Below, piece by piece: positions 39,205 through 51,881 of a stretch of 64,000 nucleotides of DNA. Source of the stretch: Octopus sinensis (Eukaryota); NCBI RefSeq assembly GCF_006345805.1, contig NC_043002.1:111290001-111354000 (forward strand), written 5' to 3'. Positions within the stretch are counted from its first letter, which is position 1; each line of letters begins with the position of its first letter. The position numbers and the translations under genes are program-made. The notes beneath the pieces are model-generated. The model did no database searches and had not been told where the DNA came from. It saw nothing but the letters and a program-made list of their open reading frames with translations.

Positions 39205-40658
39205 CAATGCTTAGATGATATGCAGTTTGGGTTCGTGCCAGGGAAAAGTACTACTGATGCTATATTCCTGGTAAGACAGCTGCAGGAGAAATACCTAGCC
39301 AAAGGTAAGCCCTTGTACCTGGCTTTTGTTGACTTAGAGAAAGCCTTTGACAGGGTCCCCCGATCCCTTATCTGGTGGTCAATGAGGAAACTAGGGATAG
39401 ATGAATGGTTAGTGAGAGCTGTGCGAGCCATGTACAGAGACGACAGCTAGTAAGGTGAGGGTTGGCAACGAGTACAGTGAAGAATTCCGGGTAGAGGTTG
39501 GGGTCCACCAAGGTTCAGTCCTCAGCCCCCTCCTATTTATCATAGTCCTCCAGGCAATAACGGAAGAATTTAAGACAGGATGCCCTGGGAGCTCCTATAT
39601 GATGGACCTTGCTCTAATTGCTGAGTCACTATCAGAACTGGAGGAGAAGTTTCAGGTGTGGAAACAAGGATTAGAATCGAAGGGCCTTAGAATCAACCTA
39701 GCCAAAACCAAAGTCCTAATAAGTAGGAGGTGGACCAACCACAAACGACTTCAGGTAGATGGCCCTGCTCGATCTGTAAAAAAGGTGTAGGTAGAAACTC
39801 TATAAGGTGCACCAAGTGTAAGCTATGGACACATAAGAGGTGCAGCAATGTCAAAGGAAGGCTAACTAAGAAAATAGTTTTTGTCTGTGGCAGATGCTCA
39901 GGAGAAATAAACACTGGAAATGTGCAGAGTCCAACTTCTACCACGTTCCAGGGAGACAAACTAGAAGTAGTTGATAGCTTCCGCTACCTAGGAGACCAAG
40001 TCAGTAGCGGGGGTGGGTGTGCTGAAAGCGTAACTGCTAGAGTAAGAATAGCCTGGCAAAGTTTAGAGAGCTCTTACCCCTGCTGGTGACAAAAGGTCTC
40101 TCGCTAAGAGTAAAAGGCAGACTATATGATGCGTGTATACGTACAGCCATGCTACATGGTAGTGAAACATGGGCCGTGACAGCTGAGGATATGCGTAAGC
40201 TTGCAAGAAATGAAGCCTGTATGCTCCGATGGATGTGTAATGTCAGTGTTCATAATCGTCAGAGGTAAGTACTTTGAGAGAAAAGTTGAACCTAAGAAGT
40301 GTCAGTTGTGGTGTGCAAGAGAGACGGCTGCGCTGGTATGGTCATGTGACGAGAATGGCTGAAGATAGTTGTGTGCAAAAGTGCTACACCCTAGCAGTTG
40401 AGGGAACCTGTGGAAGAGGTAGACCCAGGAAAACCTGGGACGAGGTGGTGAAGCACGACCTTCGAACTTTAGGTCTCACCAAGGAAATGACTGAAGACCG
40501 AGTCCTATGGAAGTGTGCTGTGCATGAGAGGACCCGGCAGGACTAGTCAGGCCATATCCCGTGGCCCCTACCTGGGACGTAGTCGATCCACCTGTGCATA
40601 CCTTCTTCTTTTGTGACACTTGTGAAGACCTGCTGAGGCAAGTGAAAATCAATCAAAA
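39205..40658 (+). mobile_element. 5'-truncated RTE-clade LINE: RT with frameshifts, PHD insert, 3' UTR and (AAATC)n tail
   Basis: QFGF, FVDLEKAFD, GVHQGSVLSP, FRYLG and GRPRKTW motifs in ORFs 39220-40546. Confidence 0.95.
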
Positions 40659-42175
40659 TAGATGAACATCAATGGAATTTGTATCTTTGTGGTACCAGTG
40701 CCTGTGGCACACAAGAAAACCATCCGAACGTGGCCGTAGCCAGTACCGCATCGACTGGCCTCCGTGCTGTGGGAACATGGTGGCACATAAAAACACCATC
40801 CGAAGACCCGGCAAGACTAGTCAGGTCATAACCCGTGGGCCCTACCTGGGACGTAGTCAGTCCACCTGTACATACCTTCCGACTTGTGAAGACCTGCTGA
40901 GGCAAGTGAAAATCAAATCAAATCAAATCAAATCAAAATAGATGAACATCAATGGAATTTGTATCCTTGTGGTACCAGTGCCAGTGGCACACAAGAATCC
41001 ATCCGAAGTGGCCGTAGTCAGTACCGCTTGTGGTACCAGTGCGGTGGCACACAAGAATCCATCCGAACGTGGCCGTAGTCAGTACCGCATCACTGGCCAT
41101 CGTGCTGTGGGCACATAACAAACACCATCCGGTCGTGGCCGTTCGCCAGCCTCATCTAGCACCTGTGTCGGTGGCACATAAAAACACCTTCCGAAGACCC
41201 GGCAAGACTAGTCAGGCCATAAACCATGGCCCCTACCTGGGACGTAGTCAGTCCACCTGTGCATACCTTCCTCCTTGTGATACTTGTGAAGGCCTGTTGA
41301 GGCAAGTGAAAATCAAAGGCCTGTTGAGGCAAGTGAATGAAATCAAATCAAAACAATCAAAATAGATGAACATCAATGGAATTTGTATCTTTGTGGTACC
41401 AGTGCCGGTGGCACACAAGAGAAAACCATCCGAAAGTGGCCGTAGCAGTACCGCATCGACTGGCCTCTGTTCTGTGGGCACATGACAAACACCATCCGAT
41501 CGTGGCCGTTCGCCAGCCTCATCTAGCACCTGTGTCGGTGGCCACATAAAAACACCATCCGAAGACCCGGCAAGACTAGTCAGGCCATAACCATGGCCCC
41601 TACCTGGGACGTAGTCAGTCACCTGTGCATACCTTCCTTCTTGTGACACTTGTGAAGGCCTGTTGAGGCAAGTGAAAATCAAATCAAATCAAAACAAATC
41701 AAAATAGATGAACATCAATGGAATCTGTTATCTTTGTGGTACCAGTGCCGGTGGCACACACTTTGTGGTACCAGTGCCGGTGGCACACATGAGAACCATC
41801 CGAACGTGGCCGTAGCCAGTTCCGCATTGACCGGCCTCCGTGCTGTGGGCACGTAACAAACACCATCCGATCATGGCCGTTCGCCAGCCTCATCTGGCAC
41901 CTGTGTCGGTGGCACATAAAAACACCTTCCGAAGACCCGGCAAGACTAGTCAGTCCACCTGTGCATACCTTCCTTCTTGTGACACTTGTGAAGACCGGTT
42001 GAGGCAAGTGAAAATCAAATCAAATCAAATCAAAATAGACAAAATAGATGAACATCAATGGAATTTGTATCTTGTGGTACCAGTGCCTGTGGCACACAAG
42101 AATCCATCCGAACGTGGCCGTAGTCAGTACCGCATCACTGGCCATCGTGCTGTGGGCACATAACAAACACAAACA
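40659..42175 (+). repeat. Tandem composite array: RTE 3' end + (AAATC)n + GTGCCGGTGGCAC modules
   Basis: GACCCGGCA(A/G)GACTAG recurs at 40531, 40805, 41196, 41564 and 41934. Confidence 0.9.
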
Positions 42176-42990
42176 CATAAATTTAATTGAAATGAATTAT
42201 TTAAAATTATAGTCAATCTTCAGGTTAACAATATTAAAAAAGAAATAAAATAATGATTTTTCTTATAGAAGAAACTCCATTAACTAAATTTGAAACTTGA
42301 AACATTAGGATCAGTTTCCTACAATACATTTATTATGTTAAATATTTAAGGTAAGAAAATAGAGTAAATAGATGGAAAAATGTATTTATCTGTGAAGATA
42401 TAATTTAGCTTAAAAAACATTAATAAACTATAGAATATCTTTAACCTAGTTATACTCTAATATTTAATTACCAAACTATTTAACAAAACAATCACTATTA
42501 GTATTTTTAGATTTTAGTTCGCATATAATAATTATAAAATAATAAATACATAAAAATAAGTATCTAAATTATAATCAACAAATATAGTAATTAAAAACCT
42601 ATATTTTTTCTATCAATAAACATATAGCAATAAATAAATTAGTCCATTATTACTTACATAAATATTATAGATATCTTTAGAAAATATTTATGAAATACAA
42701 ATTAAGAATTTAAAAAATTCCAAATTAAAAACATATAACCTATCTTTATAAAATACTTATTAAATGTAATAGTGCTATAAAATATAAAATGACTAGAAAT
42801 ATAATAAGAAACTTATAGTTAGATCTAGATTGCAAAGTTACTACCTAATATCTTAAAATTTACATTCAGATATAATAATTATAAACTAATAATAATTAAA
42901 TAACTGTACACATCTAAATTATCATTAACAAATAGAAAATTACAAATTCATATTTAACAATCAATACTTATATAGAGTACATTAATATTT

Positions 42991-43275
42991 CATCATCATC
43001 ATCGTTTAACGTCCGTTTTCCACGCTAGCACGGGTTGGACGGTTCGACCAGGGTCTGGGAAGCCAGGGGCTGCACCAGGCTCCAGTCTGATCTGGCAGAG
43101 TTTCTACAGCTGGATGCCCTTCCTAACGCCAACCACTCCGCGAGTGTAGTGGGTGCTTTTTACGTGCCACTGGCACAGGTGCCAGGGGAGTCTGGCATCG
43201 GCCACACGATCGGTTGGTGCTTTTAACATGCCACTGGCAAAAAAAAAAAAGCACCAACCGATCGTGGCCGAAGTT
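42991..43275 (-). mobile_element. Family B
   Basis: (CAT)n plus B body. Confidence 0.88.
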
Positions 43276-43865
43276 AACTCATCTCTCAAAAAGCGTATCA
43301 TTAACTAAAAAAATTTCAAAACATCTTATTAAGCGTTTATAAACTACTCGTGAAATTACATTGTTTACAGGAATAGAACAAACAGATGGAAATATACATT
43401 TTATCAATGAAAACTACGAATATATTTTAGCTTTAAGTATATATGTGTATGTATATAAGACGTATATATATATTTATGTATGTGTATATAGAACAAGTAC
43501 AAAGATATATTTTTTTCAACATGTAAATACTGACTAGTATATATAAAGTATAAAATCCTTTCTAGAACAGAAAAATTTGCTGGCAACCAGCCATGAGGGT
43601 AGAGTTCACACCTCTCCAATATCCAGTTGCAGTGCTCTACCCATTAAGCTAAACATAAGAATTATGTTTAGCAGGTGCACTAGTAGAAAAAACCATAGAG
43701 AGTTATATGTATTGATATTGAAAAACGAAAATATATATATATATTACATGAGGCTAAAACTGATAGGCAAAGTTATGCTTGAAAAAAGTTACAATAAATA
43801 AAGTAAAAATGTACATACAAGCAGAGAAAATACCAAAGAGAACTTAACAAGGAAAAAACATTGAT

Positions 43866-44428
43866 CAAGTGTCAAGTTAATCACAGAACTTGAGGCGATC
43901 CAACGAAGCTACACGAAGAAGATAGCCTCAGTGCAGCATATAAGCTATTGGGAAAGACTCAAGAGATTGAGACTCTATTCCTTAGAGCGTAGGCAAGAAA
44001 GATATGCCATAATATACATCTGGAAGGACTTGTCCCAAACTTTGGCATCGAGAGTTACACAAATGCCAGAACTGGGCACCACTGCATAGTGCCAAGGACT
44101 CCAAATTTGCCATCAAGATGTAGGACAAGATACTGTGATAGTCTGGGCTTCCGAGGCCCACAGCTCTTCTATATCCTCCCGAAGAACCTAAGAGACCTGC
44201 ATGGGGTGGATGCAGATGTCTTTAAAATGAAACTGGATCTCTTCTTGTCAGGTGTCCCAGATGAACCAACTTCAAGGCAGGCGGTGCAGATGAGGGCAGC
44301 TGCATCGAACTCTCTCATGCACCAGATGGCATTTGCTAAAAAGCATTCGTGAAGTAAAATCATGTAGCAACACCAAATGGCAGTGCCCCAGCATGGCCAC
44401 AGCTTGTGAGCTGAAACTAAATAAAATT
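43866..44428 (+). mobile_element. CR1/L2-group LINE 3' fragment
   Basis: ELEAIQR, YWERLK, YSLERR, FKMKLDLFLSGVPDEP and SNSL; the 3' UTR is shared with SINE A. Confidence 0.85.
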
Positions 44429-45295
44429 TTTAAAATAGACAAGACCGGCTGGTGTATTTGAGAGAGTTACCCTGCTCAAAATCTAGCCCTGTGTAGGGGA
44501 GACAATCAGAAAAAAGTAGGAACAAAACGAATATAAGAAGGATAAAATTGTTATAAATTTACAAGTGATGGAAAAACATACACACTTAACACATAAAGAT
44601 ATACAGTCATACGCATATACATTCACAACACATACATCTCTAATCCTGGAATCATTGGAAATTGTTTTTTTTTTTCATTGAATGAATTCCTGTGACCTCC
44701 TAATATTGCATAATTAGGTTACTTGAGGTGAGCCTGGTAACTGATGGTTTTGGGGTCTTGTTTGTTACTTTTGGTGAGCCGTGGTGCAACCAACAATGTG
44801 GTAAAAATCCCTGCCATTTGGCATGGATGGGTAATATCAAATAATTCAATCACAGCTTAAATTTAGATTAAACACTCTCACACACACACACACAAAAAAA
44901 ATTCATGGATATGTAGAATACATACATATATATATATATATATATGCATACGCACACACACACATATATGAGTATGCACACACATGTGCACAAACAAACA
45001 AAAAGAACGCAGCTCCAATAATAGAGTCAGTGACTATTGAGAAAGTTTCAAGAAACAATGAAAATTCTGGAAGAAAAAAAAAATAAATATTAATAAATTG
45101 AGTGGGAATTGAACTTTTGAGGCATAAAGACAAAATGACTCCCCAGACACAAAATATGCTTCAATACACAAATTCACATAAAGAATCTTGCAAACCAGAT
45201 ACAAATATGTAGTAAAATGTTAATCATTTATTTTTGTCTTTGGAAATGGCAGTGGTGAAGCCATTTTGATAAGATGGTTAAATGAATTGCAACAC

Positions 45296-45480
45296 CATCA
45301 TCATCATCATCATCATTTAAAGTCCATCTTCCATGTTTGACAGAATTTGATGAGCCAAAGGCCTGCATTAAGCTACATTCTCTACTTTGGCATAGTTTCT
45401 GTAGTTGGATGCCCTTCCTAACAGAGTACACTGAGTACTTTTTTCCTGACACCAGCACTATTGAGGTCAGCAAGTAACTT
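45296..45480 (-). mobile_element. Old, diverged family B-related copy
   Basis: (CAT)n and GGATGCCCTTCCTAAC retained. Confidence 0.6.
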
Positions 45481-45584
45481 CCAACACAAGACCTCATTGA
45501 TTGAGAGAGTAAATGCTTTTTTTTTTCTTTTCTTGTGTATGTGTGCAATTTATTTCACTAATTATATCCATCATTATTTTGCAG

Positions 45585-45716
45585 ATACTTCAGTTGACAT
45601 CTTGTCCTTAGATATTCAAGTGAATGCAGTTGCAACTGCCTTAAAAGGTTTTTTTAATGATTTAATGGAAGCATTGTTTCCTTCAAACCTTATCAATGAG
45701 TTAACGGAAGCATCTG
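45585..45716 (+). CDS. RhoGAPp190: RhoGAP exon (DTSVDILSLDIQVNAVATALKGFFNDL...EAS), phase 1-1
   Basis: VNAVATALKGFF matches the RhoGAP 'VAxxLKxFF' helix; GTGAGT donor. Confidence 0.95.
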
Positions 45717-48267
45717 GTGAGTGAAATGCTCTTCTTTTACTATTTTTCTTTTTTACATAAAAATATATTCAAGGATAGAAAAAAATTACTTGTTTTTTTA
45801 TCTTTATTACAAAAGAGGACATGGGAACAATAAAATCCTGACAAAATTCAGTGTTGCTGAAAGAAGATGGGATAGTGAAACCAAGTGAAACCTTTGTTCC
45901 TAAAATAATGTTCCTGGTGTCCTTAAGGGATTCTTAACTGTTGGTGTGCTTAATTCTGATTTCATGGAGTTAAATGGAAGAGTGATAAATTTTTCCCTGT
46001 ATAGGTCCAGAGATAACATATCATAAAATGTCTAAATACTATTGTTAACATGAAAACAGAGTGGCAATATAAAAATGAAAGTAGTTGCTAATATACAATA
46101 GAGTTTCTGCTGAAGATGTAGAGCTGAGATTTGTGAGCTGCCAGTCCAGAACCGTGGCCACTTGCCAATTTTCTTTTAGTCGTATAAAGTTAACAAGTCT
46201 TTGTGGCTTCATAATTTAAAAAACATCTTACACTTGTAATTTACATTTATTTTTAATATATATATTAATCATAAATAGGGATTTGATTAACATGCCATAC
46301 TATCTTTGAATGCTATGTTACAAACATCTGCAATACATTCTAAAGGTTAGTCTAGTAATTAACAATGCTGGCTAGCAAAAATGAGTTATAAGTGTCTGAG
46401 CTACTTGTTACTAGTTAAAGTCTTTGTATAAATATTGTTTTATACCCCTTGGTAAGTATTACATCTTATGGTGTAATACTTAACAAGGGTTAGTTCGCCA
46501 ACTCCTTATCTCATGGTTAACTTCAGGAAGATAATTCAGTTTCATAAGAAGTATTACTCAAAACATTCATATACAGACCATTTTGCTCAAGCTTGCATGG
46601 AAAAATTGCTTTTATTTTATACCCTTCTTTCCATGATAGCATGAGTAGGCTGGTTTTTGCTGAAACACTAGTTTTTTCCACAGTTGGATACCATTTCTGT
46701 GGTTAACTGTTCAGACCTGAAGTAGGGTTTTAAATTATTATGTGTGTCAAGAGAATGTGGTATTTTAGTTACAACTGAGATATTTATCTTGGCTTGAAGC
46801 ACAAAACAATAGCTGAAGAAACAGTTGAAACCTCTGATATTAATCAAGTGGATAACAGCTTTGACATCCACTCAACTTTGTAAAGATATCAGAGATGCTG
46901 CTGTTGTTTTTCTTTAGGGCCAAGACTTATTTTCCATGTTTGAGAATAAGATTAATAAGCACATTTTAATCTATATTGCTTCTAATTAAAAAAAAAAAAA
47001 AAATCTGTTCTGTTATGTCTGCTGTTTCTATCAAGAAGATCATTGTTGTTTTCCTTCAATAAATGTCACCACACACATTACAAAATACCTTATTGTTTCC
47101 ATTTCATGCTGCAGAAGGAAAAGATGGAGCAGGTAATAACTTTAGACATTTGTCTGTTGTCATGTTGTCACCTAATGCACCTATTCTTTTCTTTATCCCT
47201 CCCTCTCTAGAAAACACTGTTTCACCTGTCCTATTTTCACTTTCACTTTGAGCTGCTTCCAATTTATATCATCAATACATCTATTTTGTGATAGAACAAA
47301 TATTAGCATTACTATTCACATGATTTTGTTTTCCATAAAAAATTTTTTTCTCGTCCCTTTTCTTTTGTAAAGTTGATACAAGCTTTTAAGAATCCAGTTC
47401 AATTAGAAACTGGAAATGTTCAATGTCAAGCAGCTTCAAGATCTATGTTGTAACGTGTTTGATGTCTGAGACTAAGAATTGATGCTCATACAACTAAGAT
47501 GGTGAAACTGATAAAATATAGCAACCTAGAAAATCATTTGTGCTAATGACCTTTACAGCATCAAAAATGTAGATTGTTTTGTATGTTGTTTTGAAGAAAC
47601 TACAAGTGCCCATTTCAGTACATAGAAAATCAGTTTCCAAATCCTGAATATGTATGAAAACCTTCCCTGCTCTGTCTTTATCCCACAATGTCTGTAGATC
47701 TTCTCCTTTGAACTTTCCGAGTCATTCCCAACATTCAGTCAAACCCTCTCTTTGCATCTATTTTCCCCATTTACTTCTGAAACTCCTCCCTATACTGTAA
47801 CTTCGTCTGTCGGTTCTACACTGAATTCTAAATGCAATTCCCTACCTTAAAAAAAAATGTAAATAAAAACACTTTCTGAAATTACTATAGAGGTAAGTAC
47901 CTTTAACACCTGAAATAAAGGATTTTCTTCACTAACTTCCTCACCGTTCTTCTCTGGTGAGTCTACAGTTTATGTTTCACCCTTCCTCATTGGGTCAATT
48001 CATAAAATAGGAAAAATTCGCCAGTCCAATCAATTTTTAATTGATCATTTAAAGTTGTATGTATAAAGATTAAATACAGTACTCTGCAGTAATATCATGT
48101 CTTAGAACATCATGAAACAAAGAGTTTAGAAGGAAGTGAATCTGAAGAATTTATATGTAGTAAATTATTGAAAGTAAGAATTTTTGGTTCAAAAGAATGA
48201 AACTTGGGTATCACTTATTTCTTTTGACTAGTACTTACTTTATCGGTCGTATGGGGAATGAAAATTA

Positions 48268-48647
48268 AACAGGAGTGGCTGTGTGGTAAGTAGCTTGCTA
48301 ACCAACCACATGGTTCCGGGTTCAGTCCCACTGCGTGGCATCTTGGGCAAGTGTCTTCTGCTATAGCCCCGGGCCGACCAATGCCTTGTGAGTGGATTTG
48401 GTAGACGGAAACTGAAAGAAGCCTGTTGTATATATGTATATATATATGCATGCGTGTGTTTGTCCCCCTAGCATTGCTTGACAACCAATGCTGGTGTGTT
48501 TACGTCCCTGTCACTTAGCGATTCGGCAAAAGAACTGATAGAATAAGTACTGGGCTTACAAAGAATAAGTCCCGGAGTCGATTTGGTCGACTAAAGGCGG
48601 TGCTCCAGCATGGCCACAGTCAAATGACTGAAACAAGTAAAAGAGTA
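48268..48647 (+). mobile_element. SINE family A, near full length
   Basis: Identity to the other A copies. Confidence 0.9.
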
Positions 48648-48889
48648 ATCAAAATAGGACTTTTCCTCAGTCTTTAGCAGGACCAAACAACCTGTTTTAT
48701 TTGTTCATTGACTATATGTACTAGTATTGTTTAGTATAGAGTACTGAATAATAAAGATTATTATTTAAAAGTAGTTGAGATTACCTGACCCAAGACAAAA
48801 CTACTGTGCAACTGGGAAGCAGGGGTCATCAAACATAGAATTGAGGTGTTTTGCATATTTAGCTTCTCAAGAGTTATTGGCATACTCTG

Positions 48890-48924
<35 letters not shown>

Positions 48925-48978
48925 GTTATTGGTGAATTGAAGAAATGGAGCTGAACACAGATTGAACAGAAATCGTTT

Positions 48979-49072
48979 TATTTCATTCTACACGTGTTTC
49001 GAAAGGCACAAATTACCAAAATCCGATTGAATAATGGGACCATATTGTGTCTTTCTCTTCAGGAAGAAAAAA
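48979..49072 (-). ncRNA. Type I hammerhead ribozyme (mirror copy)
   Basis: TCTTCAG at 49056-49062 and TACACGTGTTTC at 48989-49000 on the + strand. Confidence 0.8.
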
Positions 49073-49423
49073 GGAAATCCGCTGGAAAACAAAAACAGAA
49101 CAGAGGCGGAGCAAAAGCAATCGAACTATGCTCCTAAGAGCCCATGGCGAAACTGTTTATCAGTGTATGTTGAGAACCGGTGGCTGAAGAATTCAACGGG
49201 TCAGGCATCGGTCAATCATGTGGGTGAGGGTGTATAGATGTTCGGTCACAAAGAACATCTATACACCCTCACCCACATGATTGACCGATGCCTGACCCGT
49301 TGAATTCTTCAGCCACCGGTTCTCAACATACACTGATAAACAGTTTCGCCATGGGCTCTTAGGAGCATAGTTCGATTTGCTTTTGCTCGCCTCTGTTCTG
49401 TTTTTGTTTTTCCAGCGATTTCC

Positions 49424-49517
49424 TTTTTTCTTCCTGAAGAGAAAGACACAATATGGTCCCATTATTCAATCGGATTTTGGTAATTTGTGCCTTTCGAAAC
49501 ACGTGTAGAATGAAATA
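49424..49517 (+). ncRNA. Type I hammerhead ribozyme (Penelope-like)
   Basis: CTGAAGA 49434-49440; stem II GAAAGACACAA/TTGTGCCTTTC; GAAAC-ACGT-GTA, cleavage predicted after 49507; stem I TTTCTTC/GAA(T)GAAA. Confidence 0.8.
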
Positions 49518-49759
49518 AAACGATTTCTGTTCAATCTGCGTTCAGCTCCATTTCTTCAATTCACCAATAACGTTTTAATTCAATTATCCGCACCAACGCA
49601 CGGTTGCAACGCCAGATGGTTGTACCTCCAACCGTGCTGTTTACTGCTGTGATTTTTGCTACTAAGGTATCGGTTAAACTTTTGATTAATCTACTACAAG
49701 ATTATTCATCTTTCTATTTCACATAATATATATATATATAGATATATATATATATATAT

Positions 49760-50054
49760 GTGGAGGCGCAATGGCCCAGTGGTTAGGGCAACGGATTCGC
49801 GGTCGTAGGATCGCGGTTTCGATTCCCAGACTGGCCGTTGTGTGTGTTTATCGAGCAAAAACACCTAAAAAGCTCCACGAGGCTCCGGCAGGGGGTGGTG
49901 ATCCCTGCTGTACTCTTTCTCCCACTCTTTCTTCTGTTGGCCTGCTCGCTTTGCCGGCGGGGTGGCGTCATTCGAAGGCTAAAACAGTGCGAACGCATTG
50001 TGACCAGCGATGTGTAGCAACATCTGATAGCCTGGTCGGTCACATGATCACGTG

Positions 50055-50056
<2 letters not shown>
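49760..50056 (+). mobile_element. SINE D1 inserted in (TA)n
   Basis: GTGGAGGCGCAATGGCCCAGTGG head; GGTCAC...GTGAT end. Confidence 0.88.
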
Positions 50057-50113
<57 letters not shown>

Positions 50114-50499
50114 GAACCATGTGGAAGCATTTTACTGAAGTGATTAATGCAAACATGTTATCATTTAGGAATACTTATTACAAGAGTTTTGATGTGAAGA
50201 TTCAGTCCACACTCACAGAGAAAGTTTTCTTATGAATATTTATCAACAAAATTCATTTGCAGATGTTATTTTATGTGCATATCTGCTTATCTGTAGGTCT
50301 ATTGTTGACTCCAGATTTTAATGATTCTGAGATGATTAATCATTTTAACATTTTTAATATACTAGACATTTTTAGCTGTTTTTTAAGGTTGAGATTTGTT
50401 AATAAGTATATGTGATGTTCAAAATTGTGCGTTGCAACCGCTTAGTGATCTACCTGACACAAGGTAAGTTTTAGGCCTAATTAGTGTTAGGCATGGTTG

Positions 50500-50648
50500 T
50501 ATGATTAAGAGGTTTCCTTTCCAGCTATTTGATTTCAGGTTCAGTCCTACTGTGTTGCACTTTAGGCAAGTGTCTTCAATTACTTATAGCTCTGGGTGAC
50601 CCAAACCTTGTGAGTGAATCTGGTATTTGGAAACTGAAAGAAGCCTGT

Positions 50649-50680
<32 letters not shown>
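50500..50680 (+). mobile_element. SINE family A, degenerate 5' half
   Basis: GGTTCAGTCC...GGAAACTGAAAGAAGCCTG. Confidence 0.65.
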
Positions 50681-50682
<2 letters not shown>

Positions 50683-51265
50683 CTCTATTAAAAAGCTGCA
50701 AAAATATCACAAGAACTGTTACTCAGAGTTTCACCTTCCCGTTTGTTGGACAGTTTTGTTTAGAATGGAGCAAGATAAAGTGATATGCAGAAATAATCAA
50801 AGAAAACCTTAAATCAAAAATAGTTTATGAAGAAGGAAAAAGGCCTGAATAAACCAGAGTAAATAATTAGCTGTAAAAGTAATAATAGATTAAAAGATAT
50901 ATCCGTTTAAAAAATGTTCACACTAAACTGCATGTACATTTAGCAATACATACACATACCAAACAATCAATAGTATACGTATATACAATAAACATACAGA
51001 TGTAGGTACATGGCTACATACATATATAGGCAAAACATAAATATATACAAATACATATATATGTATGCATGCACGCAAAACCTAGCATATACCTATACAA
51101 GTTAGTTGTTACAGGCGAAAGAAAGAAATAACTCCTAAATGTAGTTTCAATAACCATTGTTTACAAAATACATAAATGTTGAAAGTTTATATTTCAAAGT
51201 GAATGTGTGTCACGCTTTCATGTTATCAAATTAAATGTATTTTTTTTAAACTATTTTATTCCTAG

Positions 51266-51371
51266 GGTTTCCAGAGAAAAGCAGCAGACTATTAGCATTA
51301 AGAGGAGTCCTTAAGAAATTACCACCTACAAATTATGAAGTTCTCAAGTACCTCATTACCCATTTCAGTCG
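51266..51371 (+). CDS. RhoGAPp190: RhoGAP exon (GFPEKSSRLLALRGVLKKLPPTNYEVLKYLITHFSR), phase 1-2
   Basis: LPPTNYEVLKYLITH motif; GTAAGT donor. Confidence 0.95.
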
Positions 51372-51466
51372 GTAAGTACACAGTACCATGATCTTATGCA
51401 CCACACATCTCGGTTTTCACTACTAACAAATTCTCAGTCTTATTTATTACATCAATAATAATAATC

Positions 51467-51880
51467 ATCATCATCGTTTAACGTCCGTTCTCCATGCTAG
51501 CATGGTTTGGACAGTTCGACCGGGGATCTGGGAAGCCAGAAGGCTGCACCAGGCTCCAGTCTTATCTGGCAATGTTTCTACAGCTGGATGCCCTTCCTAA
51601 CGCCAACCACTCCGTGTGTGTAGTGGGTGCTTTTTACGTGCCACCCGCACAGGTGCCAGGCGAGGCTGGCAACAGCCACGGTCGGATTGGTGCAATTTAT
51701 GTGCCACTGGCACGGAAGCCAGTCGAGGCGGCGCTGGCATCGGCCACGATTCGGATAGTGCATTTTACGTACCACCAGTCCAGGGGTCCTGGCATCTGCC
51801 GGGTGCCAGTCATAGGATTGGTTCAATTTCGATTTCGATTTCACTTGCCCCAACATGTCTTTGCAAGCAAAGGGGGTAAC
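51467..51880 (-). mobile_element. Family B, longest 5' extent, headed by an RTE-type 3' end with (GAAATC)n
   Basis: Reverse complement GACATGTTGGGGCAAGTGAAATCGAAATC resembles the LINE tail at about 40620-40655. Confidence 0.85.
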
Positions 51881-51881
51881 G

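Larger units (their letters stand above)
48919..49577. repeat. Near-perfect palindrome: 325-bp arms, 9-nt spacer
   Basis: 48919-49243 is the reverse complement of 49253-49577 apart from one substitution and a few 1-nt indels. Confidence 0.95.

Noticed and set aside
42180-42985. Extremely AT-rich block as an organellar insertion
   Set aside because: No recognisable mitochondrial gene or RNA; more likely an eroded repeat.
49760-49835. tRNA genes at SINE heads
   Set aside because: They continue into SINE bodies, have TSDs and lack a complete cloverleaf and terminator.
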